From Christensenellaceae bacterium (GTDB lineage: Bacteria > Bacillota > Clostridia > Christensenellales > CAG-138), in assembly GCA_031261085.1 (NCBI GenBank), contig JAISKB010000018.1, forward strand, positions 14,409-78,408: DNA of 64,000 nucleotides, read 5' to 3'. The translations under genes were made by a program, and so were the position numbers. Under the pieces are notes generated by a model. It was not told where the DNA came from. It searched no databases and saw only the letters and a list, made by a program, of their open reading frames with translations. The number at the start of each line of letters is the position of its first letter. The stretch's first letter is position 1. This document shows positions 25,714 to 35,953 of this stretch, piece by piece.

Positions 25714-28700
25714 TCACGCGCTGGGTGTAATACAATCGTTTAGAGTGTAAACAATTTGTGGCATATCAAAGCACAGCGCCTGCGCGGTTTGCCTGGGACG
25801 GCGTATGATGAGCCGCGGCGTTTCACCCATGCGCAGCTGCGCGCCCTCTATGCTTTGCGCCGCGTCAAACAGCTTGGCGCCATTGATGGGGGCCTCCACA
25901 TCCAGCGAAAGCACGGCCTCGCCCTCCTTCACCGATATGCGGGTAACGAACGCCCGCCGCGCGTTTGCCTTGAGCAGCGAGATGAACAGCAGGTTTTGCA
26001 CCTGCTTGGGGATATCCCCAAAGCGGTCGATAAGCTCATCCTGCACATCATAGATATCCTGCTGCGCCGTTATGGCCGCAATGCGCTTGTACATGGCCAG
26101 GCGGTCGCTCTCGCGCGGCACATATTCGTGCGGCAGGCTGGCGGGCAGCGGCAGTTCCATCACGGTGTCGATCTCCCGGCGCACCGGCTCGCCCTTGGCC
26201 TCGCGCACGGCGCTATCCACAATTTTGCAGTAGAGGTCATACCCCACCGCCTCCATATGCCCGCTCTGCTCCGGCCCCAGCAGGTTGCCCGCGCCGCGTA
26301 TTTCCAAATCCCGCATGGCGATGCGGAAGCCCGAGCCGAATTGCGTCAGCTCGCGTATGGCGGACAGCCGCCTTTCGGCTACCTCGCTGAGCACCTTGTT
26401 GCGCCTAAAGAACATATAGGCATATCCCAGCCGCACGCCGCGCCCTACCCGGCCCCGCAGCTGGTATAGCTGCGAAAGCCCCATCTGGTCGGCATCGTAT
26501 ACGAACATGGTGTTGACGTTGGTGATATCCAGCCCGCTTTCGATGATGGTGGAGCACAGCAGCACGTCAAACTGCTTGTCGAGAAAATCCAGCATGGTCT
26601 TTTCCAGCGCGCGCTCACCCATTTGTCCATGCGCAAACGCGATGCGCGCCTCCGGCACCAGCTCGCGCAAATAGGTGGCAAAATGCTCCATGGTGCGCAC
26701 ATGGTTATATACGAAATATACCTGCCCGCCCCGGCCTATTTCCTTGCGTATGGCTTCGCGCACCAGGCCGTCGGCATATTCCATCACATAGGTTTGCACC
26801 GGGTACCGCTGCGCCGGCGGCGTTTCGATAACCGACATATCCCGTATGCCGGTCATGGACATATGCAGCGTACGGGGTATGGGCGTGGCCGAAAGCGTAA
26901 GCACATCCACGCTGCGCTTTATGTTTTTAATCTGCTCCTTATGCGCTACGCCAAAGCGCTGCTCCTCATCCACAATCAGCAGGCCCAAATCCTTAAACTG
27001 CACGGCTTTGCCCAGCAATTTATGCGTGCCCACCACAAAGTCGATGCGGCCCTGCTTAAGGCCCTGCAAAATCTCCTGCTGCTCCTTGGGGGTTTTAAAG
27101 CGCGACAGCAGCGCCACGTTAACGGGGAAGCCCGAAAACCGCGATACGATGGTGTTATAATGCTGCTGCGCCAGTATGGTGGTGGGCACCAGCATGGCCA
27201 CCTGCTTGCCCGAAAGCACAGCTTTAAACGCCGCGCGCAGGGCAACCTCGGTTTTGCCATACCCCACGTCGCCGCAGAGCAGGCGATCCATCACGCGGCC
27301 GCTGCACATATCCCGCTTGATTTCCTCTATGCTGGTGAGCTGATCCGCCGTTTCTTCATAGGGGAAGCTCTCCTCCAGCCGCTGCTGCCAGGCGTTATCC
27401 TCGGCAAAGCAAAAGCCCTTGCGCTTTTGCCGCTCGCCATAGAGCTGCACCAAATCGAAGGCGAGCTTTTTGGCGCCCTCGCGCGTGCGGGCCACCGCCC
27501 GCTGCCACTCCCCGCTGCCCAGCTTGGAAAGCCGCGCCAAGCCCCCGTCCTCGCCGCCGATATACTTTTGCACGCGGTCGAGCTGATCGGTGGGGATATA
27601 CAGCTTGTCGCCGCCCGAATAGACGAGGTGCAGATAATCCCGCGCCGCGCCATCCACCATGAGCGTCACCACGCCCACAAAGCGGCCTATGCCGTGCAGC
27701 TCGTGCACCACAAGGTCGCCCACCGCAAGGTCGGTAAACGCCATCTGCGGCCGGCTGCGGTGCGATTTGGCTCGCTTGCGCGGCACATCGCCATACAGCT
27801 CATTTTCACTGATTACCACCAGGCCCAGCTCGCTGTATTCATAGCCGCGCTCCAGCGTTTCGCCAATGATAATCTGCTCGCCCCGCACGATGGGGCGTTC
27901 GAGCGCCGGGGTGACCGGCACAAGGGCATCCATATCCCGCAGCCTATCCTGCAGGCGCTGCGCATGCGCGCCGGCATACAGCAGCACCGTTGCGCCATTT
28001 TTGCGCCACAGCGCCAAATCCTCACGAAGCAGCGTTTCGTCCCCCACATAGCGGGAAACCGGCCGCGTTTCAAACCGGAACAGCGCCTTGGGCGCAATGA
28101 GACCATAGCTGCGGGTAAACGCGAAGAACAATGCCGTACGCGGCGTGCCCAGGCGCTGTATGACGGCAAGCGGCGCGCAGAGCGAGGCGGCCTGCTCGCC
28201 GGGTATATCCCCCGCGGCGACCAGCGCGCTCACGGCCTCGGCAAACTGCGCGTGCAGCAGGTGGGCGCTCTCCTCGATGCGGGACATATCATCGAGCAAA
28301 AACAGCGCGTCCTTAAAATAATCCTGCAGGGTGTATTCTTCGGGGTAGAACAGCGGCAGCAGCCGCACCGCGCAGGAAGGCACGCCGCCCGCCCGCAGGG
28401 CTTCATATGCCTCCGCGCAAACGGGACGCCCCTGCATGGCGGCCATCGCTCGCGCCCGCGCCTCCGCCGTTATGGGCATTTCGGCGGCGGGCGGCACGCT
28501 GACGCTATCCACGTTTTCGATGGAGCGCTGCGTGAGCGCGTCGTAGCTGCGCATGGTGTCTATCTCGTCATCGAAGAATTCGATGCGCACGGGATTTTCC
28601 GCCGTGATGGGGAAAATATCCACATACCCGCCGCGCTGGGATACCTGCCGGCGGCTCTCGCACGCATCCACCCGCTCATAGCCCGCGGCCAAAAATTCCG

Positions 28701-29169
28701 CCAGCAAGGCGCGGGGTTCTATCACATCCCCCACATGCAGCGTACGCACCGCCTGCCGCAGCGTTTGGGGCGGGGCAAGGCGCTGCAGCATCGCTTCGAT
28801 GGAGGCGGTGATGGCGACGGGCTCTTCCTGCGCCGCGCTCAATATGGCCACCCGCCGGGCTTCCAGGCCATCGGAGCTGACGAAATCGCCGGTGAGGGGA
28901 ATATCCCTTGCGGGGAAATGCGCGCAGGGCACATAGCAGGCGATTTCATCGGCCAGCTTGGCTGCCGCCGCCTCGCTGGGCGTAACGAATACCAGGGCAC
29001 GCTTCGCATCGGCAAACAACGCCGCCGCGAGGTGCCCCTTGCTGGCTTCGCCCACGCCAAACACGCTTACGGGGCCCTCACCCTGGGTGAGCGCCTCCCG
29101 CAGGCGTACATATTCGCTGTGCTGTGAAAGTATTTGAAGAAGCGGATGGTGTATCACGGTATCATGCAT
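25714..29169 (-). CDS. mfd: transcription-repair coupling factor
   Basis: 1151 aa with an RNAP-interacting block (GDLVVHELHGIGRFVG) and superfamily-2 helicase motifs (GDVGYGKTEVALRA, DEEQRFGV). Located downstream of pth, as in Bacillus. Confidence 0.97.
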   Translation of the reverse strand: MHDTVIHHPLLQILSQHSEYVRLREALTQGEGPVSVFGVGEASKGHLAAALFADAKRALVFVTPSEAAAAKLADEIACYVPCAHFPARDIPLTGDFVSSDGLEARRVAILSAAQEEPVAITASIEAMLQRLAPPQTLRQAVRTLHVGDVIEPRALLAEFLAAGYERVDACESRRQVSQRGGYVDIFPITAENPVRIEFFDDEIDTMRSYDALTQRSIENVDSVSVPPAAEMPITAEARARAMAAMQGRPVCAEAYEALRAGGVPSCAVRLLPLFYPEEYTLQDYFKDALFLLDDMSRIEESAHLLHAQFAEAVSALVAAGDIPGEQAASLCAPLAVIQRLGTPRTALFFAFTRSYGLIAPKALFRFETRPVSRYVGDETLLREDLALWRKNGATVLLYAGAHAQRLQDRLRDMDALVPVTPALERPIVRGEQIIIGETLERGYEYSELGLVVISENELYGDVPRKRAKSHRSRPQMAFTDLAVGDLVVHELHGIGRFVGVVTLMVDGAARDYLHLVYSGGDKLYIPTDQLDRVQKYIGGEDGGLARLSKLGSGEWQRAVARTREGAKKLAFDLVQLYGERQKRKGFCFAEDNAWQQRLEESFPYEETADQLTSIEEIKRDMCSGRVMDRLLCGDVGYGKTEVALRAAFKAVLSGKQVAMLVPTTILAQQHYNTIVSRFSGFPVNVALLSRFKTPKEQQEILQGLKQGRIDFVVGTHKLLGKAVQFKDLGLLIVDEEQRFGVAHKEQIKNIKRSVDVLTLSATPIPRTLHMSMTGIRDMSVIETPPAQRYPVQTYVMEYADGLVREAIRKEIGRGGQVYFVYNHVRTMEHFATYLRELVPEARIAFAHGQMGERALEKTMLDFLDKQFDVLLCSTIIESGLDITNVNTMFVYDADQMGLSQLYQLRGRVGRGVRLGYAYMFFRRNKVLSEVAERRLSAIRELTQFGSGFRIAMRDLEIRGAGNLLGPEQSGHMEAVGYDLYCKIVDSAVREAKGEPVRREIDTVMELPLPASLPHEYVPRESDRLAMYKRIAAITAQQDIYDVQDELIDRFGDIPKQVQNLLFISLLKANARRAFVTRISVKEGEAVLSLDVEAPINGAKLFDAAQSIEGAQLRMGETPRLIIRRPRQTAQALCFDMPQIVYTLNDCITPSA

Positions 29170-29809
29170 CCTGTTCCGGCGCCGCTGTGCCCTGCGCGTT
29201 CTCCGGCGGCGCTTCCTGTGTTTCTTTGGGCGGCGATGCCTTTTTGGGGCGCTTATTATACTTCGCCTGCGCTTGGGCCAAGTCCCCCGCCACGATCAGG
29301 GCGGCGGCGTCGGCCGCGTTGGCCATGGCCTGCGCCAGCAGTTTTTTCTCATCGGCTGCGGGCAAGCCCAGCACATGCGCAATCAGGCTTTTGCGCTCGC
29401 CGGTTTGGCCTATCCCCACCCGTATGCGGGGGAAGTCGTCATAGCACAGCTGATAGATCACGCTGCGCATACCGTTGTGCGTGCCGGCGCTGCCGCCCGC
29501 CCGGATGCGAATATCCCCCAGGGGTATGTCGATATCGTCATAGATGACCAGCAGCTCACGGGGCTCGCACTTATACCAGTGCATGGCCTCCCGCACCGCC
29601 CGGCCGGATTCGTTCATGAATGTTTCGGGCTTTAGCAGCAGCACCTTCTGCCCGCCAAAATGCCCCTCGCCCAGCACCGCGTTAAAATGATGCCGCTTGA
29701 TATCTATATTCCAGCGGTCGGCCAATAAGTCCAGCGTCATAAAGCCCGCGTTATGGCGTGTGCCGCTATATTCCCTGCCGGGGTTGCCCAAGCCCGCAAT
29801 AATAAACAT
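29162..29809 (-). CDS. pth: peptidyl-tRNA hydrolase
   Basis: MFIIAGLGNPGREYSGTRHNAGF... with a GAGGAG RBS. It has a short Pro/Ala-rich C-terminal extension and overlaps the mfd start by 8 nt. Confidence 0.93.
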   Translation of the reverse strand: MFIIAGLGNPGREYSGTRHNAGFMTLDLLADRWNIDIKRHHFNAVLGEGHFGGQKVLLLKPETFMNESGRAVREAMHWYKCEPRELLVIYDDIDIPLGDIRIRAGGSAGTHNGMRSVIYQLCYDDFPRIRVGIGQTGERKSLIAHVLGLPAADEKKLLAQAMANAADAAALIVAGDLAQAQAKYNKRPKKASPPKETQEAPPENAQGTAAPEQDA

Positions 29810-29945
29810 GGCTCTCCTCTTTACATGCACATATGCCCTCATATCGCGCGGCATGAGGGTGTGGAACGAATCACTCCTGCTATTATACCCATTTTTTGTG
29901 CGATGAACAAGCGAAAGAGGGAATAAGTTTTACCCCGTATACTTT

Positions 29946-29977
29946 AAAAGCGCGCCTTAAGCATAAGACGCGCTTTT
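29946..29977 (-). terminator. terminator hairpin after the bPH_2 gene
   Basis: GCGCG ... CGCGC stem flanked by an A4 and a T4 run (aaaagcgcg-14 nt-cgcgctttt). The minus-strand reading ends in UUUU. Confidence 0.5.
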
Positions 29978-30017
29978 GCGCTGTAAAGCCATGCAACCGA
30001 ACGTTTTAAACAACCGC

Positions 30018-30470
30018 TCAATCGGGGATACCATCCCCGTCAAAATCGACGAAATTGGGCGGCTCAACATGCTCCGTGCCGGTAAACCCGGATGCGCCAT
30101 ATATTTCGCGCCCCACCAGCCCCTTGGAGGCGCGCTCATATTCCACCATCCTGCTGATGAACGCGCGCACCTTCTCGGCGTTTTTGATGTTGGTCAAATG
30201 CAGGGTGGCGCTTGTCTTATCGGCGGAATACAGCGTGACGGTGCCCACGCCGCACAGCTTTTGCCCCAACGTGCGCACGCATTTGATATCCAATATGCGG
30301 TATAGCAGCAGCTCGTCGGTCTCGGTTTTAAGCAGGCCGCGGTGGCAGGTGAGCCGCTCGCTATCCACCGTGTAGCGGGTAAAGCTGATGGGCAGGCCCA
30401 GTATGCGTTTGCGGTCTTTCCACAATGGTTCGGCGGCCTCAAACCGGTTTAAGGAAGATTGTTTCGCCAT
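30018..30470 (-). CDS. bacterial PH domain (bPH_2, YdbS/YdbT-like) protein
   Basis: 150 aa. The ...RYTVDSERLTCHRGLLKTETDELLLYRILDIKCVRTLGQKL.GVGTV... pattern is typical of bPH_2. Confidence 0.7.
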   Translation of the reverse strand: MAKQSSLNRFEAAEPLWKDRKRILGLPISFTRYTVDSERLTCHRGLLKTETDELLLYRILDIKCVRTLGQKLCGVGTVTLYSADKTSATLHLTNIKNAEKVRAFISRMVEYERASKGLVGREIYGASGFTGTEHVEPPNFVDFDGDGIPD

Positions 30471-30652
30471 GCGCCTTAACTCCTATCTATATTTTCTGTA
30501 ACGATTATACAACAAAAGCGTGCCGCCGTATAGGGCTTCTCGTTTAAAAAAGGCCTGATTTATAACACCGCGTGCATAGACATGCAACAAAAGAACGTAT
30601 ATAATTGAGGGAAGAATTGGGGCAGACTACCGCAATAAAAGGGGGAAACAAC

Positions 30653-31450
30653 ATGCAGGATACATATGCCTTTATAGGCTGTGGAAATATGGGCGGTGCG
30701 CTCGCCAGAGCGCTGTGCAAGCAAGTGCCGCCGCAAAAGGTGCTGCTGTGCGACCCGCAGCAGGCGGAAGCGCTTTCTAAAGAGCTGGGCTGCCGCGTGG
30801 GGAGCCAGCGCGAGGCCGCCCAGTGCGGGACTATCTTTTTAGGCATAAAGCCGCATCTTATGGCAGAGGCGCTCCAGCCGATGCAGGCGTTGCTTGCCGC
30901 CAGAAAAGACCGCTTTATACTGGTGAGCATGGCGGCGGGGCTGCCCATAGCCCGTCTGCACGAGATGCTGGGCGGCGCATACCCCGTGATACGGATTATG
31001 CCCAACACGGCCTGCGCGGTGGGCGAGGGGATGACCCTATACTGCGCCGCCGGTGTGAAGGATGAGGAATTGGCCGCGTTTGCGGCAAGTATGGCGGGGG
31101 CGGGGCGATTGGACCCTCTGGATGAAAGCCTAATCGACGCGGGCAGCGGCATAACCGGGTGCGGCGGCGCGTTCGCCTGCCTGTTTTTGGAAGCGCTGGC
31201 CGATGGCGGCGTGGCCTGCGGGCTGCCCCGGGGCAAGGCGCGGGAATACGCGGCGCAGATGCTGCTGGGCACAGCCAAGCTGGCGCTGACGAGTGGGGAG
31301 CATACCGGCGCGCTCAAGGATGCCGTGTGCAGCCCCGGCGGCAGCACCATCGCGGGCGTGCGGGCGCTGGAGCAGGGCGGGTTCCGCGGCACGGCGATGG
31401 AAGCGGTGATTGCGGCATACGAAAAAACCAAGCTGTTGGGGAAAAACTGA
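30653..31450 (+). CDS. proC: pyrroline-5-carboxylate reductase
   Basis: FIGCGNMGGALARAL Rossmann motif and a ProC C-terminal block (SPGGSTIAGVRALE). The ATG has a GGGGGA RBS; the ORF-track start is an upstream TTG. Confidence 0.92.
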   Translation: MQDTYAFIGCGNMGGALARALCKQVPPQKVLLCDPQQAEALSKELGCRVGSQREAAQCGTIFLGIKPHLMAEALQPMQALLAARKDRFILVSMAAGLPIARLHEMLGGAYPVIRIMPNTACAVGEGMTLYCAAGVKDEELAAFAASMAGAGRLDPLDESLIDAGSGITGCGGAFACLFLEALADGGVACGLPRGKAREYAAQMLLGTAKLALTSGEHTGALKDAVCSPGGSTIAGVRALEQGGFRGTAMEAVIAAYEKTKLLGKN

Positions 31451-31451
31451 T

Positions 31452-32222
31452 ATGCGAATTGTAATAAAAGTAGGCACCTCCACACTGGCGCACAGCACCG
31501 GCCGCCTGAACATACGCCATGTGGAAAAGCTGGTAAAGGTGCTCAGCGATTTAAAAAACGCCGGGCATGAGTTGATATTGGTTTCCAGCGGCGCCATCGG
31601 CATGGGCGTGGGCAAGCTGCTGCTCCCCGGCCGCCCCGCCGATATCCCCACCAAGCAGGCGGCGGCCGCGGTGGGGCAGTGCGAGCTGATGTACACCTAC
31701 GACAAGATGTTTACCGAATATAACCATACCGTGGCGCAGCTTTTGGTTACCGCCGCGGATGTGCAGGACGAGGGCCGGCGCGGGCATTTTGAGGATACGC
31801 TGTTCCGCCTGCTGGAGTTGAGCGCGCTGCCCGTCATCAACGAAAACGATACCGTGTCGACCGAGGAGCTGGGCATTGGCGATAACGATACCCTGGGCGC
31901 CATCGTGGCCGAGGCCGTGCGGGCCGACCTGCTGGTGCTGCTCAGCGATATCGATGGATTGTATACGGGGGACCCGCATAAGGATGCCGGGGCCAGGCGC
32001 ATAGACAGGGTGGAGGAACTCACGCCCGATATTTTGGCGCTGGGCGGCGAAAGGGGGAGCGAGATGGGCACCGGCGGCATGGCTACCAAGCTGCTTGCGG
32101 CGCAGCGGGCAACCCGCGCGGGCGTGGATATGGTCATTGCCGATGGCGGAAACCCCGAGCTGCTCTATGATATTTTGGAGGGCAAGCCGGCCGGCACCTA
32201 TTTTGTGGGCAAGCGGGGGTAG
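31452..32222 (+). CDS. proB: glutamate 5-kinase (short form, no PUA domain)
   Basis: [12 protein letters not shown]..., SSGAIGMG, and [11 protein letters not shown]. It starts 1 nt after the proC stop. Confidence 0.93.
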   Translation: MRIVIKVGTSTLAHSTGRLNIRHVEKLVKVLSDLKNAGHELILVSSGAIGMGVGKLLLPGRPADIPTKQAAAAVGQCELMYTYDKMFTEYNHTVAQLLVTAADVQDEGRRGHFEDTLFRLLELSALPVINENDTVSTEELGIGDNDTLGAIVAEAVRADLLVLLSDIDGLYTGDPHKDAGARRIDRVEELTPDILALGGERGSEMGTGGMATKLLAAQRATRAGVDMVIADGGNPELLYDILEGKPAGTYFVGKRG

Positions 32223-32226
32223 CAAA

Positions 32227-33483
32227 ATGACGACGATAGAACTTTTGCGCGGGGCAAACGCCGCAAAACGGCAGATGGCGGCGGCGAGCACGCAGTGTAA
32301 AAACGAGGCGCTCCGGGCTATGGCCGCTGCGCTGCGCCAAAGCGCCCCAGCCATACTCGAGGCCAACGCGCTGGATATGCGGGCCGCGCAGGGCAAATTG
32401 CGGGATGTTATGCTGGATAGGCTGGCGCTGAACGAAGCGCGCATAGAAGCCATGGCGCGGGGGCTGGAAGACGTAGCCGCGCTGCCCAACCCGGTAGGGC
32501 GGGAGCTTAGCCGGCATGCGCGCCCCAACGGGCTGCTGATACGCAAGGTGGCCGTGCCGATGGGCGTGGTGGCCATCATCTATGAGAGCCGTCCCAACGT
32601 CACGGCGGATGCGGCGGCGCTGGCGCTCAAAAGCGGCAACGTATGCGTGCTGCGCGGCGGCAAGGAGGCGTATGGGAGCAATCGCGCCATCAGCGCCGCA
32701 TTGCGCGCGGGCCTGCAGCAGGCGGGCTTGCCGGTTCAGGCGGTCTGCCTGGTGGAGGATACCAGCCGCGCTTCCGCCGCCGAGCTGATGGCGGCGGTGG
32801 GCTTGGTGGATTTGCTGATTCCGCGCGGCGGCGAGGGGCTTATACGCGCCTGCGTCGAAAACGCGAAGGTGCCCTGCATCCAAACCGGCACCGGCATATG
32901 CCATGTGTATGTGGATGCCGCGGCCGACCTCGACATGGCGCTGTCCATCATCGAAAACGCGAAGGCCAGCCGCCCTTCGGTATGCAATTCCGAAGAGGTT
33001 TGCCTGGTACACGCATCCGTCGCGGAGGCGTTTTTGCCCCGGCTCTTTGCGCGCCTGGGTACCGAGCGGCAGGCGGCGGGCTTGCAGCCCATAGAGCTGC
33101 GGCTGTGCCCCCGCGCGGCAAAGTATATACAGGGCACCCCGGCCGGCACGGCGGATTTTGACACCGAGTTTTTGGATTATATACTCGCGGTAAAGGTGGT
33201 GGATAGCCTGGAGGCGGCGCTCGAGCATATCGCGGCGCACGGCACCGGCCACAGCGATGCGATCGTCACCGGGGACGAGACGGCGGCGCAGGCGTTTGTG
33301 CGGGATGTGGACAGTGCGGCGGTGTATGTAAACGCTTCCACCCGCTTTACCGATGGCGGCGAGTTTGGGCTGGGCTGCGAGATGGGCATATCCACCCAAA
33401 AGACGCACGCGCGCGGGCCCATGGGGCTGGAGGAGCTGTGCAGCTACAAGTATGTGATACAGGGCGCCGGGCAGGTACGATGA
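32227..33483 (+). CDS. proA: glutamate-5-semialdehyde dehydrogenase
   Basis: 418 aa of GPR family (IYESRPNVT, the catalytic-Cys region [11 protein letters not shown], and [11 protein letters not shown]). Confidence 0.94.
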   Translation: MTTIELLRGANAAKRQMAAASTQCKNEALRAMAAALRQSAPAILEANALDMRAAQGKLRDVMLDRLALNEARIEAMARGLEDVAALPNPVGRELSRHARPNGLLIRKVAVPMGVVAIIYESRPNVTADAAALALKSGNVCVLRGGKEAYGSNRAISAALRAGLQQAGLPVQAVCLVEDTSRASAAELMAAVGLVDLLIPRGGEGLIRACVENAKVPCIQTGTGICHVYVDAAADLDMALSIIENAKASRPSVCNSEEVCLVHASVAEAFLPRLFARLGTERQAAGLQPIELRLCPRAAKYIQGTPAGTADFDTEFLDYILAVKVVDSLEAALEHIAAHGTGHSDAIVTGDETAAQAFVRDVDSAAVYVNASTRFTDGGEFGLGCEMGISTQKTHARGPMGLEELCSYKYVIQGAGQVR

Positions 33484-33728
33484 AGCCCGGCATACGCACG
33501 CTGGATCTGCATGGCAAAACCACCTATCAGGCGCGCGTCCTCATCGACGCGGCGCTGCGGCGGTCGGCGGGCATCTATCGCCTGCGGTTGATACACGGGT
33601 ATGGGCACAATACCGCCCTAAAGGATATGATTCATGCGGCGTATGCCGGGCACCCGGCGGTGCTGCGGCTGGAAGCAGGGGAGAACCCCGGCCAGACCGA
33701 GCTGGTTTTAAAGGAATATTACGGTTAA
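33480..33728 (+). CDS. small Smr-domain protein
   Basis: [16 protein letters not shown]...[13 protein letters not shown] matches the Smr signature (LDLHG...HG.G). The ATG overlaps the proA stop (ATGA). Confidence 0.7.
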   Translation: MKPGIRTLDLHGKTTYQARVLIDAALRRSAGIYRLRLIHGYGHNTALKDMIHAAYAGHPAVLRLEAGENPGQTELVLKEYYG

Positions 33729-33729
33729 G

Positions 33730-33766
33730 AAAAAACAGGGCTATCCGTTTTCGGATAGCCTTTGTT
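33730..33766. terminator. bidirectional rho-independent terminator (smr / coat gene)
   Basis: GGCTATCCG-tttt-CGGATAGCC perfect 9-bp stem, flanked by an A-run upstream and a T-run downstream. Confidence 0.85.
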
Positions 33767-33799
33767 GTGATATAATTTACTTATCTGGGGGCAAACGGC

Positions 33800-34087
33800 T
33801 TATAGGCCGGTCTGCTGCCGAAGCTGATCCATATTTTGCCTGGCGGTTTGCACCTCGGTATCGGGGGCCTGCTTGGTTGCGTACATGTTGCGGCTGTGCA
33901 TCTGGTCAAATACGCAATACTGGTCGTTGGAGCATTCGGTCATGTTGCTGATGAGCAGCTGGCGCAAATTGGGGCAGGAGGATTCCGTCACGCTGCTGGC
34001 ATAGTCCTTGATGAGCTGCTTTTCCTGCGATAGGATGTCGGTGAGCATTTCCTGCTCGCTCATGGTATTGAAGCTGGTGTTGTTCAT
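33800..34087 (-). CDS. spore coat protein, CotF-like (Coat_F domain)
   Basis: 95 aa. The pattern EQEMLTDILSQEKQLIKDYASSVTESSCPNLRQLL...MHSRNMY is typical of Coat_F. Confidence 0.75.
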   Translation of the reverse strand: MNNTSFNTMSEQEMLTDILSQEKQLIKDYASSVTESSCPNLRQLLISNMTECSNDQYCVFDQMHSRNMYATKQAPDTEVQTARQNMDQLRQQTGL

Positions 34088-34102
34088 CTTTGTTACTCTC
34101 CT

Positions 34103-34360
34103 TTACTGATGGCAGTTCAAAAAGCTCTGCAGCGCGTCGAAATGCTGCTTGTGATGCTGGGCAAAATCGCTTGCCATATCCTTTAAGGGCTGCTCGCCAA
34201 GGCATTGGGCATACACCATACACTTTTTGTACGCCAGCGCCTCGTGGAACATTTCATCCTTCAGGATGTCGAGGTTTTTGGTATCGAGGGGTGCGCTGGC
34301 TTCCATATTAAAGGTGTTGGGCGGGGCCATAAAAGGGCTGTTCGGGTTATTGGGTGACAT
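34103..34360 (-). CDS. small helical protein, putative coat-associated partner of the CotF-like gene
   Basis: 85 aa. The ATG at 34360 has a GGAGG RBS; the ORF-track start is a TTG. The Coat_F-like helix pattern is weak (LDILKDEMFHEALAYKKC...). It lies 15 nt upstream of the CotF-like gene. Confidence 0.5.
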   Translation of the reverse strand: MSPNNPNSPFMAPPNTFNMEASAPLDTKNLDILKDEMFHEALAYKKCMVYAQCLGEQPLKDMASDFAQHHKQHFDALQSFLNCHQ

Positions 34361-34471
34361 AGTTACCTCCAATTATAAGTTTTTTGCGCGTGAGCGCATG
34401 TACCGATAGTATGCCGCAGGTTGCGGCGTATTATCGCAGAGGAACAAAAAAACATTCTGTAAGGAGCCACC

Positions 34472-34996
34472 ATGGCAAAAAAACAAAAAGGTACTTCGCC
34501 GATGGATGCGGCGCTCGCGTATTTAACATCAAGGCCGCGCACCGTGCGCGAGGTGGAGCTGCACCTGGACGCCAAACAGTATGGCGAATATGAGGTATAC
34601 GATTGCGTGGAGCGGCTAAAGGAGCTGGGCTATTTAAACGATGCGGCGTATGCCGCGGACTTTATACAGACCAGGCTCAACACAAAGCCGGTCAGCCGCC
34701 GCAAGCTGCGGGAACAGCTATACAACCACAAGCTGGAAAAAAGCGCGATAGAAACCGCGTTGGAGCTTGTGACCGAGGAAACGGAAAATCAAAACGCGGT
34801 GCAGATCGCGCAGAAATATTGGCGGCAGCTAGAAGCGCTGCCCGATGATGAGCGCAAGCAGCGCGTGGTGCGCCGCCTGATGGCGCGGGGCTACGATTTC
34901 GAGGGCATACGCCGCGGTGTGGAAACGGTGCTGGGCAGCCTGGATGCCATAGACCCAAACGGCCTGGGCGCGGCGGATGAGGATGAGGACGAATAA
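34472..34996 (+). CDS. recX: recombination regulator RecX
   Basis: Three-repeat helical RecX pattern (ALAYLTSRPRTVREVELHL..., YLNDAAYAADFIQTRL, ...) with an acidic tail. Confidence 0.88.
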   Translation: MAKKQKGTSPMDAALAYLTSRPRTVREVELHLDAKQYGEYEVYDCVERLKELGYLNDAAYAADFIQTRLNTKPVSRRKLREQLYNHKLEKSAIETALELVTEETENQNAVQIAQKYWRQLEALPDDERKQRVVRRLMARGYDFEGIRRGVETVLGSLDAIDPNGLGAADEDEDE

Positions 34997-35907
34997 TGGG
35001 CACGCTTACCGAAATACAAGGCCTGCTGGTGGGCCATTATACCGATGACGCGGCGCAAACGGGCTGCACGGCCATACTCTGCCCCGGCGGCGCCGTGGCG
35101 GGGGTGGATGTGCGGGGCAGCGCGCCCGGCACGCGGGAAACCGATTTGCTCAGGGGCTACAACGTGGTGGAGCGGGTGCACGCCATACTGCTGTCGGGCG
35201 GCAGCGCCTATGGGCTGGACAGCGCTTCGGGCGCCATGCAGTATTTAGAAGAAACCGGCAGCGGCTTTGACGCCGGCGTGAGCCTGGTGCCCATCGTGCC
35301 GGCGGCGGTGATATTCGATCTGGATGTGGGCGATCCTCGCGTGCGGCCCGGCAAGCGCGAAGGCTATGCCGCCTGCCAAAACGCCACGGCGGCCCCCGTG
35401 CAAACGGGCAGGGTGGGCGCGGGCCGGGGCGCCACGGTGGGCAAGGCGTTTGGGCCGCAATATGCCCTGCCGGGCGGCGTGGGCAGCAGCTGTATCCATT
35501 TGCAAAACGGCATAAAGGTGGCGGCGCTCGTGGTGGTCAACGCCATGGGGGATATCTATGACCCCACAACCGGCGCCCTGCTGGCCGCCGCCCATATCGA
35601 AGGCAAATTGACGCCCTGCCTGCACAGCCCCGCGCTGGGGCGGGCGGGCTTTGGCAACACCACCATAGGCGTGGTGGCCACCAACGCGCGCCTAACGCGG
35701 GAGGAGGCCAATAAGCTTGCGTCTATGGGGCACGACGGCATGGCGCTTAGCATACGCCCCGTGCATACCAATCTGGATGGCGATACGCTCTTTGCGCTCT
35801 CTACGGGGGAAGCGCAGGCGGACTTGCTGCCTATATTGGTGGCGGGCGCCGAGGCGGTCAGCCGCGCGGTGATGGGCGCCGTACGCCCGGACCTATACCC
35901 GGCCTAA
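34996..35907 (+). CDS. P1/S58 family peptidase (DmpA/BapA-like aminopeptidase)
   Basis: GLLVGHYTDDAAQTGCTAIL...GVDVRGSAPGTRETDLL is the family signature. The start overlaps the recX stop (TAATG). Confidence 0.85.
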   Translation: MGTLTEIQGLLVGHYTDDAAQTGCTAILCPGGAVAGVDVRGSAPGTRETDLLRGYNVVERVHAILLSGGSAYGLDSASGAMQYLEETGSGFDAGVSLVPIVPAAVIFDLDVGDPRVRPGKREGYAACQNATAAPVQTGRVGAGRGATVGKAFGPQYALPGGVGSSCIHLQNGIKVAALVVVNAMGDIYDPTTGALLAAAHIEGKLTPCLHSPALGRAGFGNTTIGVVATNARLTREEANKLASMGHDGMALSIRPVHTNLDGDTLFALSTGEAQADLLPILVAGAEAVSRAVMGAVRPDLYPA

Positions 35908-35953
35908 ATATACACTTGCGCATTTATATATCGCTAGAGAAAGAGGAACCCGC

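Noticed and set aside
26623-29127. An 834-aa ORF on the plus strand, and many other long ORFs antisense to real genes (for example 13239-14675, 7281-8411, 51551-52867, 32134-33408, 31551-32579, 30544-31485).
   Set aside because: These lie entirely antisense to genes with unmistakable family signatures (mfd, nrdD, ftsZ, tkt/aldehyde dehydrogenase, proA, proB, proC). Their translations are Arg/Ala/Gly/Pro/His-rich low-complexity sequence, typical of stop-poor antisense frames in GC-rich DNA, and they have no RBS.
30471-30652. A T-box or other riboswitch leader for proCBA (and likewise for asnA at 8554-8626).
   Set aside because: The distance from the best promoter (TAGACA-17-TATAAT near 30570-30600) to the ATG is only about 45 nt, and the asnA leader is 73 nt or less. 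Both are too short, and there is no specifier or T-box sequence.
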